This document shows positions 1-11,033 of a stretch of 64,000 nucleotides of DNA, piece after piece. Within the stretch, counting starts at the first letter, position 1. Every line of letters begins with the position of its first letter. This DNA comes from Myxococcota bacterium (lineage in GTDB: Bacteria > Myxococcota_A > UBA796 > UBA2385): the NCBI GenBank assembly GCA_044344255.1, contig JBIJDH010000005.1, forward strand, positions 192,001 to 256,000, read 5' to 3'. A program made the translations under genes and the position numbers. Below the pieces are notes generated by a model. That model was not told the origin of the DNA. It searched no databases and saw only the letters and a program-made list of their open reading frames with translations.

Positions 1-993
1 GGTGACGAGGTCACCGAACCACTGGTGGGCCAGCTCGTGGGCGATGAGGTCTTCGGCGTCCCAGTCGAGGGCGGCGCGATCATCGGTGAGCACGAGGTCG
101 GTGAGCGTGGTGGCCCCCGCGTTCTCCATGCCGCCGAAGATGAAGTCGTGGACGATGATCTGATCGTAGCGGGGCCAGGGGTAGGGGACCCCGAACGTGG
201 CCTCGAAGAGGCGGATCATCGCCGGGGTCTTGTGAAAGCAGCGGGTCATGACCGCGGGATCGGCCCCCACCGGCGCGAGGTAGCGCACGGGCACCTGGCT
301 CGCAGGGTCGTCCACGACCACGAGCGGGCCGACGATGACGGTGACGAGGTAAGCGGGGATCGGCCGCTCCTCGACCCAGCGCCAGCGCACCTGATCACCC
401 TCGACCTCGCGCGACACGAGGCGGCCGTTCGACACGACCTCGTCGCCGGCCGGGGCGACCACGGTGACGCTCACGGGCTGCTTCACAGAGGGGTGGTCGA
501 GGCAGGGGAAGAGGTAGTGGCCGTCTTCGTCCTGGCACTGGCTCCAGGCCATGTGCGGGCGGCCGGGCTCCGACGGCGTGGGGCCGGTGAAGTAGAGTCC
601 GCGGCTGGGCTTGCCGGAGTGGGCCACCTGGATGCGGGCCGTGGCGCCCGACAAGCCCGAGACGGACACCACGCCGTCGCCCAGGCGGTAGGGCAGCGGG
701 CGACCGGCCTCGTCGGTGACCATGCTCACCGCTTGATCTTCGAGGTCGAGCACGACGGGGTTGGGCAGGGAGCCCTGCCAGGCGCTCACCGTGACCGTCG
801 TGCGCCCGGACAGGGTCTGGGCGACGGGGTCGATGTGGAGCTCGATGTCGAGGTGATCGACCCGGACGCCCCGGTCGGGGGCGTACCGCGGGGCGACGCC
901 GGGCTCGGGGAAGGCTTGGGCTCCCGCGACCGCGAAGCCCCCAAAGCGGGACTCGAGCGCGAGCCCCTTATCGGTGAGGAAGTGGCTGCTCAT
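1..993 (-). CDS. pepN: M1 family aminopeptidase (PepN-like), 3' part runs off the window
   Basis: Not in the ORF track. Hand translation from ATG at 993 gives MSSHFLTDKG...FPCLDHPSVK...YDQIIVHDFIFGGMENAG...IAHELAHQWFGDLVT, containing the GXMEN and HEXXH M1 motifs. Confidence 0.9.
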   Translation of the reverse strand, partial: MSSHFLTDKGLALESRFGGFAVAGAQAFPEPGVAPRYAPDRGVRVDHLDIELHIDPVAQTLSGRTTVTVSAWQGSLPNPVVLDLEDQAVSMVTDEAGRPLPYRLGDGVVSVSGLSGATARIQVAHSGKPSRGLYFTGPTPSEPGRPHMAWSQCQDEDGHYLFPCLDHPSVKQPVSVTVVAPAGDEVVSNGRLVSREVEGDQVRWRWVEERPIPAYLVTVIVGPLVVVDDPASQVPVRYLAPVGADPAVMTRCFHKTPAMIRLFEATFGVPYPWPRYDQIIVHDFIFGGMENAGATTLTDLVLTDDRAALDWDAEDLIAHELAHQWFGDLVT

Positions 994-1015
994 CGCGGGG
1001 GTCGCTCCCTCAGGC

Positions 1016-1777
1016 TCAGGCGCCGGCCTGACGGGTGGTGGGGAGGAGGATGTAGCCGTCGCGCAGATCGCCGAGGAAGGCGCAGGCCTCGGGGCCGCGG
1101 AAGTCGAGGTAGGCCCCGACATAGGCGGTGAGCACGGCCTGGAGCCGCTCTTCAAGCTCGCCGACCCGGCTGCCGTTGCTGGAGGGGAGGTCCGCCTCGA
1201 CGAGCTCGGTGAGCTGCGGGCTGTCGACCAGCGGGGGGTCGGCGTCACCGAGGGTGTTCTGGATGAGGTCGCGGATGCGGTCGACCGCGTCCTTCCGCGC
1301 GCCGACGGGGCCGGCCTTCATGCGGATCGGCCGCTCGAGCTCGAAGAGCATGACCTGGGCGGCCTGCGTGCAGGTCTCGACGAGGCGATCACCCTCGGCG
1401 GTGGGGTCGGGATCGAAGCCCATGCGCATCAGGGCCTTGGCGATCGTGCGCGGATGCGAGCTGTTGATCGTGTTGACCGAGTACTCGTCTACGTGGTTGC
1501 GCTTGAAGTGCTCGTCGAGCAGAACGTCGCAAGGGCGGCGACCGCCGGTGTTCTCGACGATGACAGGGGCGTTGACGCTGATGATGCAGCCGTATCGGCC
1601 GCGGTTGCGGGCGATCCAGGAGAGGATGTCTTCGTGGGTGCGCAGCGACACCGCGCTCAGCAAGCGGACACCGCCGTCTGCGGTGGCCTCGAGCACGGCG
1701 CCGCCGGAGGTGTTGCGGGGCGCCCAGGCGAGATCCAGCCCCAGGTAGCGGGGGGTGCGGGCCTTTGGTTCGGTCAC
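1016..1777 (-). CDS. DUF429 family protein (predicted RNase H-fold nuclease)
   Basis: N-terminal YLGLDLAWAPRNTSG, NAPVIVENTGGRRPCD and C-terminal GDLRDGYILLP resemble DUF429. Confidence 0.7.
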   Translation of the reverse strand: MTEPKARTPRYLGLDLAWAPRNTSGGAVLEATADGGVRLLSAVSLRTHEDILSWIARNRGRYGCIISVNAPVIVENTGGRRPCDVLLDEHFKRNHVDEYSVNTINSSHPRTIAKALMRMGFDPDPTAEGDRLVETCTQAAQVMLFELERPIRMKAGPVGARKDAVDRIRDLIQNTLGDADPPLVDSPQLTELVEADLPSSNGSRVGELEERLQAVLTAYVGAYLDFRGPEACAFLGDLRDGYILLPTTRQAGA

Positions 1778-3330
1778 TTGGTAGCCTTCCAGCGGTTGAG
1801 GAGCCCTGATAGCGCGCCGCGTACCCCCTGCAACCGATCGCCCCCCTTGCGGGTGAGCTCGATGAGACCGCGGGTCGCGTCGATCAGGGCGTCATTGTAG
1901 GGGTACCACCACATCTCGTGGGGCCCCGAGAGCGCGTCTACGACGACCGTGCGGGGGCGGGTCATCTCGTAGAGCGCGAAGCGAGAATTGGTGACCCCGT
2001 GACCGGAGTCTTTCACGCCGGTCCAGGCGCCGTCGGGCAGCGCGCCGGTGAAGGCGTGGTTGTTGATCGTGACCACGCCCGTCGCGAAGGAGCCGGCGAG
2101 TGCCTCGCCGTGGATGAGGTTGCTCGTCCACACCGAGGCCGTGAGGCCGTAGGCGCTCGCGTTGGCGCGCTCGATCACGGCGTCGATGTCGTCGAAGGGC
2201 ACGATGGGGAGGACCGGCCCGAAGGTCTCCTCCCGCATGACGGCCATGTCGTCGCGGACGTCGGTGAGCACGGTGGGCTCGTGGTACCAGCCAGGGCCGG
2301 GCGCGCCGCCGCCGCAGCGGATCTTCGCCCCGCCCGCGACCGCCTCAGCGACCTGCCGGCGGACGATGTCGAGCTGGGCCTCGGTGACGAGGGGGCCGAT
2401 GTCCTGGAGGGGGCGGAGCGCGCGGGTCGCCTCGACGGCCATGTTCACGAAGCGATCGTAGATGCTGCGGTGGACGTAACAGCGCTCGATCGCGGCGCAG
2501 TTCTGCCCAGCGAAGCCGAAGGCCGCCCAGACCACGCCGTTGACGGTGCGCTCGAGGGGGGCGTCGGCCAGCACGACGGCGGCGTCCTTCCCGCCGAGCT
2601 CGAGGCTGGCGGGGATCATCCGCTCGCCGGCGATGGCGCTGATCCGCTTCCCGGTGCGCACGCTGCCGGTGAAGAAGATGCCGTCGATTTGATCGCGGAC
2701 CAGGGCCTCGCCCACCGCGCCCCCGCCTTGGAGGAGGGTGACCACCCCCTTCGGGAGGTGTTTGTCGATCAGCTCGTGCAAGAAGGCGCTCAGGCGCGCG
2801 GTGTGCTCGGAGGGCTTCCACACCACCGCGTTGCCGGCCAGCAGGGCGGGGACGAGCATGCGGAGCGGGATCGCGACGGGGAGGTTCCAGGGGGTGATGA
2901 GCCCGAGCACCCCCTTCGGCTCCAGGCGGACGACGCCGCTCTTCCGCGGGTAGTCGAGGGGAGACAGGGAGAGGGGGAAGGCGGTGAGGAGGTCGTCGAT
3001 GTGGCCGAGCCAGTAGGAGAAGAGGCCATTGTTGGCGACGATCTCGGCGGTCCACGCCTCGCCGGCCGGCCGGCCGCACTCCTCGGCGAGCAGATCGGCG
3101 ATCTTCTGGGCGTTCTCCAGGAAGGCCTGGTGGAGGTCGGCCACCGCCCACTTGCGGCGCTTGAGGCCGAGCTCCTCCCACTCGCGCTGCGCCGCCCGTG
3201 CGCCCGCGACGAGGGCGGGCACCTCAGAGACCGCCGTGCATCGGATCTTCGCGCCCCGCTCAGAGAGGTCACGCGGATCGATGCTCTGGATGTGCTCGCC
3301 GGTGTCGTCTCGGCGGATGGAGGCGCTCAA
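1774..3330 (-). CDS. Aldehyde dehydrogenase family protein
   Basis: Motifs ITPWNLP, WKPSE, FTGSVRTG, LELGGKD, GQNC (catalytic Cys), EETFGP. Confidence 0.95.
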   Translation of the reverse strand: MSASIRRDDTGEHIQSIDPRDLSERGAKIRCTAVSEVPALVAGARAAQREWEELGLKRRKWAVADLHQAFLENAQKIADLLAEECGRPAGEAWTAEIVANNGLFSYWLGHIDDLLTAFPLSLSPLDYPRKSGVVRLEPKGVLGLITPWNLPVAIPLRMLVPALLAGNAVVWKPSEHTARLSAFLHELIDKHLPKGVVTLLQGGGAVGEALVRDQIDGIFFTGSVRTGKRISAIAGERMIPASLELGGKDAAVVLADAPLERTVNGVVWAAFGFAGQNCAAIERCYVHRSIYDRFVNMAVEATRALRPLQDIGPLVTEAQLDIVRRQVAEAVAGGAKIRCGGGAPGPGWYHEPTVLTDVRDDMAVMREETFGPVLPIVPFDDIDAVIERANASAYGLTASVWTSNLIHGEALAGSFATGVVTINNHAFTGALPDGAWTGVKDSGHGVTNSRFALYEMTRPRTVVVDALSGPHEMWWYPYNDALIDATRGLIELTRKGGDRLQGVRGALSGLLNRWKATK

Positions 3331-3331
3331 G

Positions 3332-3967
3332 TCAACCTGCCCGGAGCCGGCGGCTCGTCTGGTAGAGGTAGATGGCGGGCACGAAGAAGGCGATCGCCTG
3401 CACCGGCCCCGCCACGTTCATCGGCGTGGCGATGGGGCTCTTCGCGATGGGGATGGTAGTGCCGGCGAGCCACTCGGCGGTGGTGCCGTAGGCGAAGTAT
3501 CGGTCGAGGGTGAGCCCCCAGAGGCCGAACCAGATGAAGAGCCCGGCCCCGAGCACGGCGAGCCCCCCGATCGTGCGGCCCCGCTGCAAGGCCGCGGCCG
3601 TCAGCGTGTGCCCGGCGAGCGCGGCCACGACGAGGCACACGCCGAAGAGGGCGTGCACGAAGCCGATCGGGGCCTGGGCGGCGGGCAGCAGGTAGGACAA
3701 CATCCAGTCGGGGGCGTAGAGGGCGAACCAGGTCACGCTCAGCCAGAAGAAGGCGGCGAAGCCCACGGCGGAGCGCGCGGAGGCGCCGAAGAGGTTGGGG
3801 GAGTCTGCGATCAGACGCCTCCGCCCGAGGAAGGCGAAGAGGCTCCCAGCGCAGAAGACAAAGGGTGGGTCGATGAGGAAGGTGACGCACCTCCAGCCGA
3901 GGATCCGGCGACAGCGGAATGTAACTCCATGCCCCCCGTCGCCGGGAGGGGCCCGGCCGGATGTCAT
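3332..3967 (-). CDS. Hypothetical integral membrane protein (about 5 TM), start uncertain
   Basis: Hydrophobic C-terminal part of ORF 3332..4900 (FLIDPPFVFCAG...YAPDWMLSYL...YLYQTSRRLRAG). It stops 1 nt before the ALDH start. The nearest in-frame ATG is at 3967. Confidence 0.65.
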   Translation of the reverse strand: MTSGRAPPGDGGHGVTFRCRRILGWRCVTFLIDPPFVFCAGSLFAFLGRRRLIADSPNLFGASARSAVGFAAFFWLSVTWFALYAPDWMLSYLLPAAQAPIGFVHALFGVCLVVAALAGHTLTAAALQRGRTIGGLAVLGAGLFIWFGLWGLTLDRYFAYGTTAEWLAGTTIPIAKSPIATPMNVAGPVQAIAFFVPAIYLYQTSRRLRAG

Positions 3968-4051
3968 CTCGGTGGAGGGCTGCGGCCTTCTCCCAGGCCC
4001 TGCCGCGAGGGGCTCGCGGTTGGTTAGGATGGCGGCCCAAGGAGGGGTGCG

Positions 4052-5263
4052 ATGCGCGTGTTGTTGGTGGACAAGCTGGCGGTGACGGTGGTCTCCCGCC
4101 TGGAGGGCGCTGGCTGCACGGTCGTCGAGGAGCAGGGCGTCAAGGGCCCGGAGCTCACGGCGCGCCTCGCGGCCCTCGATCCCGATGTGCTCGTCGTGCG
4201 CTCGACCAAGGTCCTGGCCGAGCACCTCACGGCCGCGCCGTCGCTCTCGCTCGTGATCCGAGCCGGCGCCGGGGTCGACAACATCGAGATGGACACCGCG
4301 AACGCCCGCGGCATCTACGTCGCCAACTGCCCGGGGAAGAACGCGATCGCCGTCGCCGAGCTGGCCATGGGCCACCTCATCAACCTCGACCGCCGCATCA
4401 CCGACAACGTCACCGCCCTGCGCGCCCACCGCTGGGCCAAGTCTGACTTCAGCAAGGCGCGCGGCCTCTACGGGCGCACCCTCGCGGTGCTCGGCACCGG
4501 GGGCATCGGGCGGGAGCTGATCAAGCGCGCCCAGGCCTTCGGGATGATCGTGCGGGGCTGGGACAAGGCGCTCGACCCCCGCACCGCCGCCGCCCTCGGC
4601 ATCCAGCACTGCGCGACCGCCCGCGAGGCCTGCAAGGGGGCCGACGCCCTCAGCGTGCACCTCGCGCTCACGCCGGAGACCCGCGGCCTCATCGGCGCCG
4701 AGCACTTCGAGGCGCTGCGCCCCGGCGCCTACTTCATCAACACCTCCCGGGGTGAGGTCGTAGACCAGGACGCGCTGCTGGCGGCCGTCCGCTCCCGCGG
4801 CCTGCGGGCTGGCCTCGACGTCTTCGCCGTGGAGCCCGCCAAGGATGGGCCCTACACCGAGCCCATCGCCGATGAGCCCAACGTCTACGGCACACACCAC
4901 ATCGGCGCTTCGACCGATCAGGCCAGCGACGCGGTCGCCGACGAGGTCATCCGCATCATCGAGGTCTGGCTCTCCTCGGGGCGGGTCGAGAACTGCGTGA
5001 ACCTCGAGAGCTCACCCCCGGCCACCCACCTCCTCGTCATCCGCCACGCTGACCGCGTGGGGGTGCTCGCCACCGTGCTCGGCCACCTCCGCGAGGCCGG
5101 CTGCTCGGTGCAGAACATGGAGAACATCGTCTTCAAGGGCGCCGCCGCCGCCTGCGCCCGCATTCAGCTCGATCGCGCCCCCTCCTACGCGCACCTCGCG
5201 CGGATCAAGGAGTCGGCCGACATCTTCGCCACCTCCCTCGTCGCCCTGGAGAGCTCACGATGA
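4052..5263 (+). CDS. serA: D-3-phosphoglycerate dehydrogenase with C-terminal ACT domain
   Basis: RAGAGVDNI, GTGGIG, INTSRG, LDVF, HIGAST and ACT (HADRVGVLA). SD aaggagg upstream; adjacent to serC. Confidence 0.9.
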   Translation: MRVLLVDKLAVTVVSRLEGAGCTVVEEQGVKGPELTARLAALDPDVLVVRSTKVLAEHLTAAPSLSLVIRAGAGVDNIEMDTANARGIYVANCPGKNAIAVAELAMGHLINLDRRITDNVTALRAHRWAKSDFSKARGLYGRTLAVLGTGGIGRELIKRAQAFGMIVRGWDKALDPRTAAALGIQHCATAREACKGADALSVHLALTPETRGLIGAEHFEALRPGAYFINTSRGEVVDQDALLAAVRSRGLRAGLDVFAVEPAKDGPYTEPIADEPNVYGTHHIGASTDQASDAVADEVIRIIEVWLSSGRVENCVNLESSPPATHLLVIRHADRVGVLATVLGHLREAGCSVQNMENIVFKGAAAACARIQLDRAPSYAHLARIKESADIFATSLVALESSR

Positions 5264-6360
5264 GCCGCGCCCACAACTTCTCTGCTGGCCCCGCCGTGAT
5301 GCCGCTCTCCGTAGTGGAGGAGCTGGCCGCTGCCCTCCCCGAATTCGGCGACACCCGCCTCGGGCTCATGGAGCTCTCCCACCGGAGCAAGGCCTTTGAG
5401 GCGGTGGTGGCGAGCGCGCAAGCGCGCATGCGCCGCATCCTGGGCATCCCGCAGGACTACCGCATCCTCTTCCTCCAGGGCGGGGCCAGCCTCCAGTTCT
5501 ATATGCTGGCCCTGAACCTCGCCCTCCCCGGTGAGAAGACGGACTACATCGTGACCGGCACCTGGGCGACGAAGGCCCTCGAAGAGGCCCGCCGCTGCAG
5601 CGACGCCGCGGGCATCTGGACTGGAAAATCCGCCAAGTTCAATCACCTGCCCTCTCACGGCGAGGTCACCCCCCGCGAGGGCAGCGTCTACACCCATTAC
5701 ACGACCAACAATACGATCTACGGCACCCAGTTCCCCGGGCCCCCGGCGGTCGAGGGTCGGCTCCTCGCCGATATGTCGAGTGACATCGCCAGTCGGCCGA
5801 TCGACGTCTCCCGCCACGAGCTCATCTATGCGGGCGCCCAGAAGAACCTCGGCCCCTCCGGCGTCATCGCGGTCATCCTGTCGCCCTGGGCCCTCGAGCG
5901 GAGCAAGCTCGCGAACGCCGCCCGCCCGGGTGGGCTCCCCGCCATGCTCGATTATAACGTGCAAGCGGAGAATGACTCCCTCTACAATACCCCCAACACC
6001 TTCGGCATCTATGCGCTGGAGCGGGTGCTCGCCTGGATCGAGGCGGAGGGAGGTCTGTCGGTGATCGCCGCGCGAAACACCGAGAAGGCCAATCTGCTCT
6101 ATGCCGAGCTCGACCGGAGCGGCTTCTGGCGGCCCCATGTGGCCGGAGAGGTCCGCTCCCAGATGAACATCCCCTGGCGGCTCCCCACCGAGGCGCTGGA
6201 GGACCAGTTCGTGAAGGAGGCGGAGGCCGCCGGGCTCAAGGGGCTGAAGGGCCACCGCTCGGTGGGGGGCCTGCGGGCCAGCCTCTACAACGCCTGCCCG
6301 GTGGAGAGCGTGGCGGCGCTGGTGGGCTTCATGCAGGACTTCGAGCGGAAGAACGGCTGA
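5260..6360 (+). CDS. serC: Phosphoserine aminotransferase
   Basis: HNFSAGPA, SHRS, QGGASLQF, DMSSD, AGAQKNLGPSG, GHRSVGGLRASLYNA. Confidence 0.97.
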   Translation: MSRAHNFSAGPAVMPLSVVEELAAALPEFGDTRLGLMELSHRSKAFEAVVASAQARMRRILGIPQDYRILFLQGGASLQFYMLALNLALPGEKTDYIVTGTWATKALEEARRCSDAAGIWTGKSAKFNHLPSHGEVTPREGSVYTHYTTNNTIYGTQFPGPPAVEGRLLADMSSDIASRPIDVSRHELIYAGAQKNLGPSGVIAVILSPWALERSKLANAARPGGLPAMLDYNVQAENDSLYNTPNTFGIYALERVLAWIEAEGGLSVIAARNTEKANLLYAELDRSGFWRPHVAGEVRSQMNIPWRLPTEALEDQFVKEAEAAGLKGLKGHRSVGGLRASLYNACPVESVAALVGFMQDFERKNG

Positions 6361-6386
6361 GCATCAGGCGGCCCCCTGCGGGCCCC

Positions 6387-8282
<1,896 letters not shown>

Positions 8283-8407
8283 GGCGGCGGTGTATCCCGC
8301 CCGAGGGCGGCGCTCCCCTCCGCCGTCGACGGCCGGCCTCGGCCTCCCTCGCGGTGGGCGCTGCCCCCTCTTTCGCGATAGCGGAGGGGCCCTCTCTCGG
8401 ACGCCCT

Positions 8408-9685
8408 TTGACCCAGACGCCCGCGCCCCTCCCGGCCCCGCCCGCTCCGCCCCGCCTCCCCCCTGTGGTGTACGCGCTCGTCTTCCTCGGGTTGCTGCTC
8501 GCGCTCGCGGCCGGAACCGCCCGGTATTACGGGCTCGAGCCCGCCGATGCGTCGCTGCGCGCCGGCAACCCGGCGAGCCGGGCCTACCTCGCCAATGACG
8601 TGCCGAGCCTGAAGGTGACCGACCTCGGCCCGCGAAAGTGGAAGATCATCAACGTCCACGAGCACCTGCGCGACATGGCCGAGGCCGAGCGCCTGCTCCG
8701 CCACATGGACGCCCTCGGCGTGCAGCGCACCTGCCTGCTCGGGGCCTCGAAGTACACCTTCACGCTCGACAAGCAGTACGGGTTTGAAGAGTTCGAGGCC
8801 AACAATCAGGAGCTCCTCAAGATCAAGGCGCGCTGGCCCGATCGGTACTGCGCCTTCATCACCTTTGACCCCGGGCAGGGCGTTGACCTCCCCCGGCTCC
8901 AGGCCGCCTTCCGCGACGGCGCAGACGGCGTGAAGCTGTTCCTCGGGCACGGCGAGAGCCACGGCAAGGGCCCCTTCCACGACATGCCCCTGGACGACCC
9001 GCGCATGGAGCCCGTCTATGTCTGGCTGGAGGCCGAGCAGATCCCCATCGTCTACCATGTGAACCTGAAGAAATACTGGGATGAGTTCCTCCGGGTGATG
9101 GAGGCGCACCCCTACCTGCGCGTGGACATCGCGCACTTCGGGCTCCAGAAGGGCACCGCCGAGCGCCTCGCCCGCCTGGGCTTCCTCCTCGACCGGTACC
9201 CCAACGTCTACTCTGACATCAGCTTCGGTCATTACTCCTTTCAGTCCGAGGGCTTCGAGGCCCTGGCGAAGTGGCGCTCGCGAAGCCACACCTACCTTCG
9301 TCGGTATCAGCACAAGATGCTGTTCGCCTCCGATATGGTGCTCGAGCCCACGAAGACAGAGGACTACATCTCCGATACGATGCGCGCCTACATGCAGCTC
9401 ATCGAGTCGAAGCAGTTCCGCTTCTTCCTTCTGCCGGAGAAGACGATGCACGGCCTCGAGCTTGGAGACGAGGCCCTCCGTTCGATCTACGAGACGAGCC
9501 CCGCGGCCTTCCTCTTGCTCGACGCGGAGGGGCGCCTCCCGGACCGCCGCGCCGGCTGGCCGGTCGCCGGTCTCCCCGAGCCGCCGCGCCCCCCGATCCC
9601 TCCGCTCTCGTCGGTCACCGTGCCGGCCATCTCCTCGCCTTCGTCCCCCGCTGCCGAGCCGGCATCCCCCCCGAGCGCAGAGTGA
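8408..9685 (+). CDS. Membrane-anchored amidohydrolase-family (Amidohydro_2-like) metalloprotein
   Basis: N-terminal TM (VVYALVFLGLLLALAAG), then INVHEH, GVKL, YHVN, AHFG, NVYSDIS, FASD. Start could be TTG 8408 or GTG 8465. Confidence 0.8.
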   Translation: MTQTPAPLPAPPAPPRLPPVVYALVFLGLLLALAAGTARYYGLEPADASLRAGNPASRAYLANDVPSLKVTDLGPRKWKIINVHEHLRDMAEAERLLRHMDALGVQRTCLLGASKYTFTLDKQYGFEEFEANNQELLKIKARWPDRYCAFITFDPGQGVDLPRLQAAFRDGADGVKLFLGHGESHGKGPFHDMPLDDPRMEPVYVWLEAEQIPIVYHVNLKKYWDEFLRVMEAHPYLRVDIAHFGLQKGTAERLARLGFLLDRYPNVYSDISFGHYSFQSEGFEALAKWRSRSHTYLRRYQHKMLFASDMVLEPTKTEDYISDTMRAYMQLIESKQFRFFLLPEKTMHGLELGDEALRSIYETSPAAFLLLDAEGRLPDRRAGWPVAGLPEPPRPPIPPLSSVTVPAISSPSSPAAEPASPPSAE

Positions 9686-9694
9686 AGAACACCA

Positions 9695-10996
9695 GTGAAG
9701 AAACCCATGGGACTCAGCCTGCTCCTCAGCCTCTTCTTCGCCTGCTCCGGGGACCCGGCCAAGGCCCCTCCTCCCGCCGAGGGGCGGGCCGAAGCCCCGG
9801 AGAAGGGTGAGGAGGGGGGGCTCGCGCAGACGGTCGGGGAGGACGCAGAGGGCGCGCCCGCCTCGCTCCCCAAGGCGGCCAAGGTGGAGAGCAGCGCCGC
9901 GCTCCGGGCCGTCCAGGCGGAGAACGCGGCGCTCCGGCGAGAGCTGGCGACCGGCTCGCGGCCCGACCCCTACGCCAGCCTCGGCCTCGTCAACGCGCAT
10001 GAGCACCTCTATGCCACCAAGCACCTCGACCGGTACCTCGAGGCCGCGCGGCGGAGCGGGGTGTCCTCGACCATCTTCGTAGCCAGCCCGGCCTTCACCC
10101 TCGAGGGCTCGGGCCCGAAGGGGGAGCCGGGCATGTCGGACAACTTCGACGAGATCATGGTCGCCGCGGCCGAGCACCCCGGCGAGGTCATCCCCTTTTG
10201 CACCATCGACCCCGCCGATCCCGACCGCCTCGATCGCCTCAAACGGCACGTCGCGGCCGGCGCGAAGGGCGTCAAGCTCTACTCGGGCCACTCGAACCTC
10301 TCGGCCGGTCCCCTCAATTCCCCAGAGATGGAGCCCGTGTACGCCTATCTGGAGGAGACGGGCCTGCCCGTGAATTGGCACGTCAACGTGCTCAAGTACG
10401 GCGAGCAGCTCGAGGCCGTGCTCGACGCCCACCCCAAGCTCAACGTGATGGTGCCCCATTACGGGGTCACCTTCTGGAAGCCCCGGGACGGGGGCCTCGA
10501 GCGCTTCAAGCGGATGATGAGCGAACACCCCAACCTCTATACGGACTCGAGCCTCGGAACGCGGGAGATATTGCTGAAGGGCCTCGCGGTGATGGAGCAG
10601 GATCCATCGATCTTTCTCGACCTCTTCCGATCCTTCCCCGACCGCATCGTCTGGGGCACAGACTCCGTCGTCACGGGCAACAGCGAGAAGACGCCGGCCT
10701 GGTACAGCACGGTGATCTGGGCCACGCGGGACCAGCTCGAGCAGGAGGTCTTCACGACCCCCCTCGGCGCCGGGTGGAGCCGCTATTACCAGAGCGGCCG
10801 CGACGGCGACGGTCGTTATAAGGGCTTGAAGCTCGATCCGGAGACCCTTCGTAAGGTGTATCGGGACAACGCGGTGGCCTGGCTGCGCATCCCGCTCCCG
10901 GCGCCAGCCGCCGCGCCAGCGATCTCACCTGCGGCGCAGACGGCTGGCGAGGTGACCCCGCCCCCTGCGGCGACGGGCGCTCCCTCGGCGCGTTAA
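9695..10996 (+). CDS. Amidohydrolase-family lipoprotein, paralog of the upstream gene
   Basis: Lipobox-like LLSLFFAC, then VNAHEH, GVKL, WHVN, PHYG, NLYTDSS, WGTD. Confidence 0.8.
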   Translation: MKKPMGLSLLLSLFFACSGDPAKAPPPAEGRAEAPEKGEEGGLAQTVGEDAEGAPASLPKAAKVESSAALRAVQAENAALRRELATGSRPDPYASLGLVNAHEHLYATKHLDRYLEAARRSGVSSTIFVASPAFTLEGSGPKGEPGMSDNFDEIMVAAAEHPGEVIPFCTIDPADPDRLDRLKRHVAAGAKGVKLYSGHSNLSAGPLNSPEMEPVYAYLEETGLPVNWHVNVLKYGEQLEAVLDAHPKLNVMVPHYGVTFWKPRDGGLERFKRMMSEHPNLYTDSSLGTREILLKGLAVMEQDPSIFLDLFRSFPDRIVWGTDSVVTGNSEKTPAWYSTVIWATRDQLEQEVFTTPLGAGWSRYYQSGRDGDGRYKGLKLDPETLRKVYRDNAVAWLRIPLPAPAAAPAISPAAQTAGEVTPPPAATGAPSAR

Positions 10997-11033
10997 CTGC
11001 GGCGGCCCGCGCGCTCTGCGGGAGGGAGCGCCG

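Noticed and set aside
25..1131. Long ORFs antisense to or overlapping real genes (e.g. 25..1131, 7454..10528, 19603..22428, 24466..27291, 50433..53147, 52952..55360)
   Set aside because: Shadow ORFs expected at this GC content. They have no motifs, and the opposite strand carries recognisable proteins.
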